From Pseudomonadota bacterium (GTDB lineage Bacteria > Pseudomonadota > Alphaproteobacteria > Paracaedibacterales > CAITNM01), in the NCBI GenBank assembly GCA_046309815.1, contig JBKCOJ010000005.1, forward strand, positions 263,144 through 327,143: a DNA stretch of 64,000 bases, given 5' to 3'. Positions 27,650 to 36,191 of this stretch are shown here, piece after piece. The position numbers and the translations under genes are program-made. The notes under the pieces are model-generated. The model was not told the origin of the DNA. It saw only the letters and a program-made list of their open reading frames with translations, and ran no database searches. The stretch's first letter is position 1; every line of letters begins with the position of its first letter.

Positions 27650-28337
27650 TTTGTGTTGTCCTTAAGTTAATGCATTTAATAATTTTAGTGATGTTTCCGT
27701 TGTATCCTAATTCCACGAGGCCAATGCTAGAAGCATTACCACTCATTTCAACCTCACTGTTCTCAATTGCAAATTGCTTTGCAGCTTCTTGCAGCGTAGT
27801 ATCTGCAGGATACCTATAAAACAATGTCATGTGTGGAGTATAAAGTTCTAACACGCCACTTACGCCATAAGTGTTAACCTGTGCTTGTTTGTCAGGGAGT
27901 AACGTTTCATAAATATCGCTTGCTCTTTGCAATGGCCATTTTTTATATGGTCTCGCAATTTTTACAATTTTCCTGTGTAATTCATGTAGTAGTTCGGTAT
28001 TCTCCATACCCCAATCAATCCAGCGATCTGCAGTACAGTAAACATCTTTGAATTTGAGATTAAAAGGCTCAAGAGGCAGAGCTTTTACTTGTCCAATGAT
28101 GTGATTAAGGTCGCTTCTGCTGCAAGCTAAATGATACAAACTTACGTGCCAAAAATTAGTAGGATCCTCCGAGCCGCTTAATTTTTGCAATTCTGTATTC
28201 ATTTTCGCAGCTTTCACAGCTACTTCAGCAGATGGAAAAATAACAATTCCGTATTCTTTTATTTGATCTTCTTCCGTGCAAGATAGCGAACAATTAAAAG
28301 CTAAAATTAATCCGCATAAAATATTGCGTAAAGACAT
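27639..28337 (-). CDS. Secreted 2H phosphoesterase superfamily protein (LigT/cyclic phosphodiesterase-like)
   Basis: N-terminal hydrophobic signal segment. Two HxS/Tx motifs: WHVSLY (His64) and PHMTLF (His169). Confidence 0.55.
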   Translation of the reverse strand: MSLRNILCGLILAFNCSLSCTEEDQIKEYGIVIFPSAEVAVKAAKMNTELQKLSGSEDPTNFWHVSLYHLACSRSDLNHIIGQVKALPLEPFNLKFKDVYCTADRWIDWGMENTELLHELHRKIVKIARPYKKWPLQRASDIYETLLPDKQAQVNTYGVSGVLELYTPHMTLFYRYPADTTLQEAAKQFAIENSEVEMSGNASSIGLVELGYNGNITKIIKCINLRTTQIIS

Positions 28338-28489
28338 TTAATAACATTCAAGATTTATAATTATCCAATCAATTAAAATGAAATTTTTATTTGAGTCAAC
28401 CTATGAATAAATTAAGAAGAGGCCTCTTTCTCATTTATCCAAAGATAGACTTTTTGGCAAAATCCGGTTAAAAAGTCAGAATAAGTTAT

Positions 28490-29902
28490 ATGTTAATTGG
28501 TCGCGTGAGTTTATTAAATTCTATACGAATATCAGGTAAAGAAGTTTTACCTCTTGTTGAGGGCGGAAAAGGTATCTCTGTCTCTAACGGAGAAAGCTCA
28601 GGAGCATGGGCAGCAGCTGGCGGAGTTGGCACATTTTCCGCTGTTAATGCCGATGCACATGATGCAGATGGCAACCTTATTCCAGTTGTTTATCATGGAA
28701 AAACGCGCAGAGAACGCCATGATGAACTCATCGCTTATGCAATAAAAGGTGGTATAACGCAAGCTCGCCTTGCGCATGAACGCAGCAATGGCCAAGGTCG
28801 CATCCACATGAATGTGCTCTGGGAAATGGGCGCAGTAGAACCAATTTTACACGGTGTTTTGTCGCAAACAAAAGGTTTAGTGCACGGTGTAACCTGCGGT
28901 GCTGGCATGCCATATAAACTGGCTGAAATCTGTGCAAGCTATGGCGTGTATTATTATCCAATCGTTTCTTCAGCGCGAGCATTTCATATTTTGTGGAAGC
29001 GAGCTTATAGCCGTTTCGCGGATTCTTTGGGTGGTGTTGTTTACGAAGATCCATGGTTAGCTGGTGGACATAACGGTCTTTCCAATAGTGAAGATCCATT
29101 AATTCCAGAAGATCCAATGCCCAGAGTTATTGCTCTTCGAAAAGCTATGCGTGAATGCGGACTTGCAGAGACTCCTATTTTTATGGCTGGAGGCGTTTGG
29201 TGGTTATCTGAATGGGCTAATTGGCTTGATAATCCAGAGATCGGCCCTGTCGCATTTCAATTTGGTACACGTCCACTTTTAACACAGGAAAGCCCTATTT
29301 CTGCAAGCTGGAAGAAAAAGCTTTTAACGCTTAAAAAAGGCGATATTAGGCTTAATCGTTTTAGTCCGACAGGATTCTATTCCTCGGGAGTACGCAATGA
29401 CTTTATGCAAAACTTAGAAGATAGATCAGCTCGTCAGGTTGCCTATTCTGTTGATCCAGTAGGTGAGCATACTCAAGCATTTCCAGTAGGTGCAAGAGGG
29501 CGTGTTGTCTATCTTGCTCCACATGATAAAGAATCTGCTGATATATGGGTAAAGCAAGGATTTGATACGCCAATGCGCACTCCTGATAGCACATTGATTT
29601 TTGTAACTGAAGCAGAATCAAATCAGATTCTAACAGATCAAATTAATTGTATGGGTTGTTTGTCGGCATGTAAGTTTAGTAATTGGGCGCAAAACGAGAC
29701 ATGGTCTACGGGTAAAAAAGCTGATCCAAGATCGTTTTGTATTCAAAAAACACTTCAAGAAATCAGCCATAGTGAAGACGTTGATCATCAATTAATGTTT
29801 GCTGGTCATCAAGCATATCGATTTGCTCAAGATCCTTTCTATGCCAATGGTTTTATTCCAACAGTTAAACAGTTAGTTGATCAATTACAAACGGGTTATT
29901 GA
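28490..29902 (+). CDS. Nitronate monooxygenase (NPD/NMO) family flavoprotein, long form
   Basis: NMO-like TIM-barrel motifs GGVGTFS, TCGAGMP and LAGGHNG. 470 aa. Confidence 0.65.
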   Translation: MLIGRVSLLNSIRISGKEVLPLVEGGKGISVSNGESSGAWAAAGGVGTFSAVNADAHDADGNLIPVVYHGKTRRERHDELIAYAIKGGITQARLAHERSNGQGRIHMNVLWEMGAVEPILHGVLSQTKGLVHGVTCGAGMPYKLAEICASYGVYYYPIVSSARAFHILWKRAYSRFADSLGGVVYEDPWLAGGHNGLSNSEDPLIPEDPMPRVIALRKAMRECGLAETPIFMAGGVWWLSEWANWLDNPEIGPVAFQFGTRPLLTQESPISASWKKKLLTLKKGDIRLNRFSPTGFYSSGVRNDFMQNLEDRSARQVAYSVDPVGEHTQAFPVGARGRVVYLAPHDKESADIWVKQGFDTPMRTPDSTLIFVTEAESNQILTDQINCMGCLSACKFSNWAQNETWSTGKKADPRSFCIQKTLQEISHSEDVDHQLMFAGHQAYRFAQDPFYANGFIPTVKQLVDQLQTGY

Positions 29903-29904
29903 TC

Positions 29905-30375
29905 ATGGATTTCTTTCAAGATGTTAGCAACGATACACCTATTTTAGTGTATGCAGATGGTGCATGCAGTGGAAATCCAGGCCCAGGCGGATGGGGAGTT
30001 GTTGTTTATGCTAACGAAAAAACGCTTGAAAAAAATGGCGGAGAGCTTGAAACGACTAATAATCGCATGGAGTTAAATTCCTGTATTGAAGCGTTAAAAT
30101 TAATACCTAAAAACTTTTCCATTACATTGCGCACTGATAGTCGATACGTGAAAGATGGCATCATGCTGTGGGTGGCATCTTGGAAGAAAAATGGATGGAA
30201 GGCAGCGGCGAAAGCACCCGTCAAAAATCAGGATTTGTGGGAAATCTTAGATCATTTATCTCAAGACCGTTTAATTAATTGGGAATGGGTTGCTGCTCAT
30301 AATGGAGAGCATGGCAACGAACGTGCTGATATGCTCGCGAAACAAGGAATTGTAATGGCAAAAATGAATAGTTAG
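29905..30375 (+). CDS. rnhA: Ribonuclease HI
   Basis: YADGACSGNPGPGGWG, TNNRMEL, DSRYV and NERADMLA motifs. The ATG at 29905 is preferred over the TTG at 29899. Confidence 0.9.
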   Translation: MDFFQDVSNDTPILVYADGACSGNPGPGGWGVVVYANEKTLEKNGGELETTNNRMELNSCIEALKLIPKNFSITLRTDSRYVKDGIMLWVASWKKNGWKAAAKAPVKNQDLWEILDHLSQDRLINWEWVAAHNGEHGNERADMLAKQGIVMAKMNS

Positions 30376-30376
30376 C

Positions 30377-30844
30377 TTATGCTAAATAATGTATGATTTC
30401 ATACCTATCATTGTCTAAAACAACTTGCCAGCCTTCTTTATGATCTGGTGCTAATATAATAGGCGCTTTTGTGTTCACACAAATTCTTTCTTTACCATTT
30501 TCTTGATAAACGGTCGTTACTAAAAATACAGCAACATCTTCAAAGCCAAGTCCTCTGGCTTGAAGGTGGATTTTTAAGTCATTGGAATCAATAATACGTT
30601 TCCCTCCAGGTCCTGCAGCCGCATCAGCAATTATTAATGTTATGTCTTCTTGTTCCATGGATTGTAAACACATATAGCTATCTGGAGTATTACCAGGAAG
30701 TTTCGCAACGATAAAATTTCGTAAATTATTAAATCCAAAAATTCCATTTTTAAAATAAAAAATATCGTCAAGAGAGTATTCAAGTTCTCCTATTTTTGTT
30801 GAGAGGGATCGTTTTAGTAAATTTGATGTGATGGGCCTGGTCAT
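30377..30844 (-). CDS. fliW: Flagellar assembly factor FliW
   Basis: FKNGIFGF, LQS and NTKAPIIL...WQVVLDNDRYEIIHYL align with the FliW pattern. Last gene after flgL. Confidence 0.8.
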   Translation of the reverse strand: MTRPITSNLLKRSLSTKIGELEYSLDDIFYFKNGIFGFNNLRNFIVAKLPGNTPDSYMCLQSMEQEDITLIIADAAAGPGGKRIIDSNDLKIHLQARGLGFEDVAVFLVTTVYQENGKERICVNTKAPIILAPDHKEGWQVVLDNDRYEIIHYLA

Positions 30845-30853
30845 GGTATATCC

Positions 30854-31759
30854 TTATTTCTCTAACATTCTTACTGCGTTCTGGGATTTCTGTATTAAAC
30901 TTGTGAATATATGTTGGGCAATTTGCTCCATTACGCCTGATGCCATAAGTTCAGCCAATAACCCTTCAATATTGTCTTCGGTGTATTTTGCTTTTATTTC
31001 CATTGCTTCTTGGATATTCGTTAGGAGTTCATCATCTTGGTCTTCAACACGCTGTATGTCTGCCAATTTATCGTGATATTTTGTTAAAAGTGCTTTTTGA
31101 GCGGCTGTTGCTAAGGCACTTGCTTGCTCAGAAGCTTCATCTGCTCCTGTAGCTGAGCTGTCTAGTTTCATAATGGCTTCGAATAAAGCCTGAACTTCTG
31201 CATCAAAATCGTTGCCTGACAGACTAACGGTATCACCTTCATCATTAATATAAACAGTGATTGATCCAGAGACTGGCGCACTATAATCTACTGGTGATCC
31301 GCTATATGCAGCAAATGTTGTTGCATTTTTCATAGGGGGGTTCTGTGTTGCAACCCCACCCATGGCATATTCGCCAGATATTGCATTGGAAATGATGCCA
31401 ATGTCATGGAAAGAACTTTTTATGCTTTCTTTTATTGCGTCCAGTCCAGGACGTGTTCCTCCCATTGTGTAGCTTCCAGGCGCAAACTCACTCCGAATTT
31501 TTTCAGCTAGCCCAAGGTATTTATCAATTGCAAAAAGTTGGGATTTTAGACGATCTCCCACAAGAGCATTTCCTTGTTGAAATCCTTCAAGGCGCTTGAT
31601 TCTATTTGTTTCGGTAATGCTAACATCAATCTGAGAGGTAGTTTTCCCGGAATAAAAAATCTTTGTTCCTCCAGCCGCAAGCCTTTCGCTAATGTCATGA
31701 CTTTTTTGACGAGCGCCTCGCATTTGATCGACTATAGAGCCTAAATTACTAATACTCAT
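30854..31759 (-). CDS. flgL: Flagellar hook-associated protein 3 (FlgL), divergent
   Basis: Lies immediately downstream of flgK, is 301 aa and has helical termini. Sequence motifs are weak. Confidence 0.6.
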   Translation of the reverse strand: MSISNLGSIVDQMRGARQKSHDISERLAAGGTKIFYSGKTTSQIDVSITETNRIKRLEGFQQGNALVGDRLKSQLFAIDKYLGLAEKIRSEFAPGSYTMGGTRPGLDAIKESIKSSFHDIGIISNAISGEYAMGGVATQNPPMKNATTFAAYSGSPVDYSAPVSGSITVYINDEGDTVSLSGNDFDAEVQALFEAIMKLDSSATGADEASEQASALATAAQKALLTKYHDKLADIQRVEDQDDELLTNIQEAMEIKAKYTEDNIEGLLAELMASGVMEQIAQHIFTSLIQKSQNAVRMLEK

Positions 31760-31778
31760 ATGTTATTTCCTTTATGCC

Positions 31779-33728
31779 TTATTGCCTTCCCATGCGCGCA
31801 ACGTTATCCATCAGTCGCCAGTAATGATTTAAAAAGGCAAAATACAAGTCCTGACTTTTTGAAATTTGCATTGATCGAATTGCTATTTCTTGCTCATCCA
31901 TGCCGTAGTTTTCTTGAAATAAGGTTTGTTGTTGCTTGTACGCTTCTTCTTGTGCTTCAATTTCGTCATTTAAATTGTTGCTTGATGCTTCAACGTCTTC
32001 GACTAACCCTTTCGCAAACTCTTCAAGCGTTTGTTGAATCGTGCCGCCTGATGCTGTTTGAAATTGAATTTTTGTGCGAGTAAAAAGATCACTCATTTTG
32101 CGGCCAATATTCATATCACCCGATACCGCTTGAGCTTCTGTTCCAAGTGCGCTGTCGCGTAATTGATTCATGGAAAAGAATTGAGGATTCGCCAGCATCT
32201 TGCTATCCACGCTGATACTAGACGCAATGCCTGTTATTGATCCTCCTCGCCAAAAATTAGAGGAAGATGTTAACACATCATTCAAATGAAAGAATTCACT
32301 GAACCCATATGCGGTTGATCTCGGAGCAGCAATAGTTGGAGCATCTGAACCATTTGCGTTACCGAGACTGATACCACAATTGGTATCTAAGGTGGTTATT
32401 TGTAGAGCTCCATCTACAATGCTGGCCGTTGCATGTCCCCTTAGAGTTGCGTTATTACTAATGAGATCACATAAACTATCAACGTCTGTTACACTGCTTA
32501 AATCAATATCTACGTTTAAAGTAGCTAAGTTTGTAGCAGTATTAACAATGGCTATTCTTAAAGTTCCTGCTCCTTCTATGGCTGTAGTACCTGTTAGGGG
32601 TGATCCGCCTATATACCCGGGATTGCTTCCTTGTAGTGTTGTTCTTGGCTGGATGGCTGAACTCAAATTATGCAAAGCGTTAAAAGAATCACGTAATCCT
32701 GCGGCATATGCATCAAGTGCTTGAGCAAATTTCATAGAATCTGATTGTAAAAATGACATTAAACCAGACATTGCTCCGCCTTGTGTATTTGCAAAATCGC
32801 TGGTGACATCAAAGATAAAAGCTTCGGTGCGTCTGTCGTAATAATTTGTGTCGCTTGGGTTTCCTGGAAGAGCATCTGTTCCTGTCGATGGTGATTCTAA
32901 AGCAGTTGAATCAATATCTAGTGATTGCAGGGTAATGACACCCTTAGCAAATGTTTGAGATGCATCAACAGCAGCAGGAGGATTGTAAATGAATTCTGCT
33001 GCCAACGATCCTTGTACTAAAACACGACCACTCGGAGTATAAACAAGAAAATCACTGTCTCCTCCTTCAGTAACGCTAATTTGTATGTGCTCAGCGAGTT
33101 GATCTAGTAAAACTCTGCGTTGTCTAGAATAAGAAATGTTTGCGTCTTGGTTTGAGCTTAGAGGGTCAATGTTTGCATTAATGGCAGCTATTTCTTTTAA
33201 TAGCCCATTAATGGTAGAGATTTCACCAGTCATTTCGCTAGACGCAGAGTTTCGTAAACCCTGTAGTTTGTCGGCAAGAATATTAAGTTGCCGAGTGTGC
33301 TCAGCCATCGCATTAAGTATGGCTTTTTTATTTGCAAGTATATCGCCACCTTGGCTGCATGCAGTATTTATAGCGACCGCAACCTTATTGCCGCTATTCA
33401 AGAAAGCACAATTTTCTACTGAGTCCCCAAAAGCTTTTTGATAGTTTCCTAAATACTTTGCTAGTTCTTCGTTTTGCTTTAATTGAGCTGCCAAAGAATG
33501 TAAGTCATTTTCCGCTCCAGAATCTGTAACTTCTCGAATAACGCCTTCGTCAATACCTATAGCTTTGCCGTTTGAATAGTGAATAGAAGACTCTTGAATT
33601 GTTTTTGTGAATCCTGGTTTATCCATAGCAACCATATCAAGCTCAAGGCGTTTCATTGCCCTTTGTTGATCTCTTAATGCTGCAAGCGCTAGCCCAACTT
33701 CTGATCCACCCCAAATTGTTCCGCCCAT
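31779..33728 (-). CDS. flgK: Flagellar hook-associated protein 1 (FlgK)
   Basis: Rod/hook-type N-terminal helix (ALRDQQRAMKRLELDMVAMDKPGFTK), 649 aa, helical C-terminus and flagellar context. Confidence 0.75.
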   Translation of the reverse strand: MGGTIWGGSEVGLALAALRDQQRAMKRLELDMVAMDKPGFTKTIQESSIHYSNGKAIGIDEGVIREVTDSGAENDLHSLAAQLKQNEELAKYLGNYQKAFGDSVENCAFLNSGNKVAVAINTACSQGGDILANKKAILNAMAEHTRQLNILADKLQGLRNSASSEMTGEISTINGLLKEIAAINANIDPLSSNQDANISYSRQRRVLLDQLAEHIQISVTEGGDSDFLVYTPSGRVLVQGSLAAEFIYNPPAAVDASQTFAKGVITLQSLDIDSTALESPSTGTDALPGNPSDTNYYDRRTEAFIFDVTSDFANTQGGAMSGLMSFLQSDSMKFAQALDAYAAGLRDSFNALHNLSSAIQPRTTLQGSNPGYIGGSPLTGTTAIEGAGTLRIAIVNTATNLATLNVDIDLSSVTDVDSLCDLISNNATLRGHATASIVDGALQITTLDTNCGISLGNANGSDAPTIAAPRSTAYGFSEFFHLNDVLTSSSNFWRGGSITGIASSISVDSKMLANPQFFSMNQLRDSALGTEAQAVSGDMNIGRKMSDLFTRTKIQFQTASGGTIQQTLEEFAKGLVEDVEASSNNLNDEIEAQEEAYKQQQTLFQENYGMDEQEIAIRSMQISKSQDLYFAFLNHYWRLMDNVARMGRQ

Positions 33729-33737
33729 TGTGTCCCC

Positions 33738-34157
33738 CTATACCATATGCTGTACACCAAGACTTGGTGCATAGGAGGTTTTAAAGAATTTTCCGAATGA
33801 GTTATAAAATGTCGGCTTAATTCGTACTTTTTCAAAATACATATCCATCAGTTTTTTGTTGCCTCTGCCGGAAAGATCCAACAGGTCAAGATTCTTTTGC
33901 ATGGCCTTAGTGATGATTTTGAGTAATTCATCTACCTTTTGTTTTTGCGATTTTTCTAATTGTTGCCAGCATGTCGGATCAAGTATTTGATTAGCAAAAA
34001 GCTGATTGCTTTTAAAAAGTTCTGCCTTTTTTTGCAATAAGGAATCTAATTGTGTAAGCCTTGTATCATTTAAATATTGCTCTTCCATTTGCATTACTTG
34101 CAAAAGGCTTTCAGCAGTAGCACAAAAATTTTGATATATTTCAGAGTAAGACATCAA
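33738..34157 (-). CDS. flgN: FlgN-like flagellar export chaperone (tentative)
   Basis: 139-aa helical Gln/Leu-rich protein directly upstream of flgK. The call is by position only. Confidence 0.4.
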   Translation of the reverse strand: MMSYSEIYQNFCATAESLLQVMQMEEQYLNDTRLTQLDSLLQKKAELFKSNQLFANQILDPTCWQQLEKSQKQKVDELLKIITKAMQKNLDLLDLSGRGNKKLMDMYFEKVRIKPTFYNSFGKFFKTSYAPSLGVQHMV

Positions 34158-34506
34158 CAGCCTCCCTCTTTTCTTCGGTTGAATGAGATTCGAAAGCTGG
34201 GTTAGTAAAACGGTTTTCTTCAGTGTTATATAAGCTTTTAGCTACGGCTTTTTTAATGTTAAGAGAGCTGGATCCTCCGGCATTAGCCATAACCTCGATG
34301 AACATGGAACGTAAAATTCCAGACGCATGGCTTTCTCCCCAGATAGCGCTATCTTCCGTTGTTTTAAACATTTCTTTTACCATGCTCGCATAACACATAG
34401 CCTCAAAATCGCTAGCAACTTTTTCAACGTCGTCAGGAGCATGAACAAGACCATTCATCCTGTGGATGGATGCTTGAGAATTTATAACAGAAACATCAAC
34501 GGACAT
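34141..34506 (-). CDS. flgJ: Rod-binding protein (FlgJ N-terminal domain type, no muramidase domain)
   Basis: The FEAMCYASMVKEMFKT motif of the rod-binding family. A short single-domain form is usual in alphaproteobacteria. Downstream of flgI. Confidence 0.7.
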   Translation of the reverse strand: MSVDVSVINSQASIHRMNGLVHAPDDVEKVASDFEAMCYASMVKEMFKTTEDSAIWGESHASGILRSMFIEVMANAGGSSSLNIKKAVAKSLYNTEENRFTNPAFESHSTEEKREAVDVLL

Positions 34507-34509
34507 AAT

Positions 34510-36120
34510 CTAACTCACTCTAATGTCGGCATGTAATGCACCGGCTGCTTTGACACCTTGCAAAATCTGTGCCGTCTCTCGTGGGGTCGTTCCAAGAAGA
34601 CTTAATGCTTTTACTAGCTCTTCGAGATCTACACCAGTATCTAAAACCACAAACTTATTTTTTTGCTCATCAAGCTTAACTTGCGTCTCTGGAATAATTG
34701 CTGTTTGAGGCGATGAATTGAGCACTGCAGTTGTTAAAGGTGATGGCGCAGTCTGCTGCGATGGCTGTGTAGATGGAGCCGTTGTGGTTTGAGCAGCAGG
34801 GGAAGGAATAGCATTTATTGCTAGCGCCATTTGTTGAGGTGTTGCCGTTGCAGGAAAAGCCACTAAGGCTGCGGCAATTTGGGTAGGGGGAACGCCAGTA
34901 GGTATAACGCTCACGGCAGCAGGTCCTCCTGGTACTCCATTTCCTGCAATGCTACTTATTGTCGCAGCGATGGTTGCTGTGGTTGCATTTGCTGGCAATG
35001 AATATAAAGCATCTCGTAATTGAGTAGGAGTTGTATTCTGCGGAATAGTCGCTGTGATAGGAACACCGTTATTTGCTACCGGTTGTGTAGGTGCTTGGGC
35101 AACCGTTGGTACCAATGTGGGGGCTCCAGGTTGTTGAGTATTAGCCGTTGGTGTAAGAGCTGGCATACTGGGATTCACTACCTGAGTAAATGGATTGGGC
35201 TGCGAAACAGCCGCTGACTCAGTAATGCGCACCGATATGGAGCCATGCGTTAAAGCAACAGGGCTTATACGAACTTTGCTACCTAGAACAATAACCCCTG
35301 CTGGATCAATAATAACCCTAGCTACTTGATCAGGTTCAATTTCAAGTTGCTCTATTTGTGTCATTGCTTCGATAATTTTTTCTGAAGATCCTTTAGGTAG
35401 TTCAACATGAATACCGGCCGAATCCTTTGCGGAAGCGACGGGGCGCTCAAAGTGTGTATTTATTGCCTCTGCAACACGTTTTGCAGTTGTAAGATCTGGA
35501 CTTCTTAAGTTTAATGTTTGAGATTTTAAATCAGTAAGCTGGAATACAATTTCTTTTTCTACGATTGCGCCATTAGGAATTTTCGCCGTAGTTGGTAGTC
35601 CTGTTATTTGAGAAGCCGCTGTGCCAATAACAGATACTCCAGAAGGTAACACTTCTCCCTGCGCAACAGCGTAGACTTCACCATCAGCCGCAATTAATGG
35701 AGTTACAAGCAGCGTACCTCCGTTTAAATCTTTTGCATCGCCTAGCGCCGAGACAACCACATCAATTGTCGTTCCAGTGTGGGCAAATGGAGGTAGATTA
35801 GACGTTACCATTACTGCAGCAACATTTTTTCCAGAGGGCAGGCTGTTGTCGCGAATATTAACGCCCAAGCGTTCAAGCATGGAGGTTAGGCTTTCTTTGG
35901 TATAAGGTGAGTTTGAAAGCGTATCGCCGGTGCCGTTGAGGCCTACTACTAAACCATAACCAACCAATTGGTTATTACGAATGCCTGAGAAATTAGCAAT
36001 ATCTTTAATGCGAACCTTTAAATTAGATTTAGATATAGCTTTTTCTGCCTTAATTTTTAAGTTTTCGGCATTGAGGCTTAAGTTGCAGAGCAAAAATAAT
36101 ATGAGACCAAAAAAACGCAT
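34510..36120 (-). CDS. flgI: Flagellar P-ring protein FlgI with a large internal low-complexity insertion
   Basis: Signal peptide. Conserved RIKDIANFSGIRNNQLVGYGLVVGLNGTGD and C-terminal LVKALSLLGTTPRETAQILQGVKAAGALHADIRV. It is 536 aa, against about 365 aa in typical FlgI. Confidence 0.9.
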   Translation of the reverse strand: MRFFGLILFLLCNLSLNAENLKIKAEKAISKSNLKVRIKDIANFSGIRNNQLVGYGLVVGLNGTGDTLSNSPYTKESLTSMLERLGVNIRDNSLPSGKNVAAVMVTSNLPPFAHTGTTIDVVVSALGDAKDLNGGTLLVTPLIAADGEVYAVAQGEVLPSGVSVIGTAASQITGLPTTAKIPNGAIVEKEIVFQLTDLKSQTLNLRSPDLTTAKRVAEAINTHFERPVASAKDSAGIHVELPKGSSEKIIEAMTQIEQLEIEPDQVARVIIDPAGVIVLGSKVRISPVALTHGSISVRITESAAVSQPNPFTQVVNPSMPALTPTANTQQPGAPTLVPTVAQAPTQPVANNGVPITATIPQNTTPTQLRDALYSLPANATTATIAATISSIAGNGVPGGPAAVSVIPTGVPPTQIAAALVAFPATATPQQMALAINAIPSPAAQTTTAPSTQPSQQTAPSPLTTAVLNSSPQTAIIPETQVKLDEQKNKFVVLDTGVDLEELVKALSLLGTTPRETAQILQGVKAAGALHADIRVS

Positions 36121-36191
36121 GATAACCCTTTCCTTAATTGCGGGTTATGCAATTGTCGTGCCAAGCGTATAAATGAAATGGTACGTTTTAC

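Noticed and set aside
36124-36150. Inverted repeat ATAACCC-N13-GGGTTAT between tolC and flgI, considered as a terminator.
   Set aside because: It has a large loop and a short stem, and no T-run follows on the minus strand.
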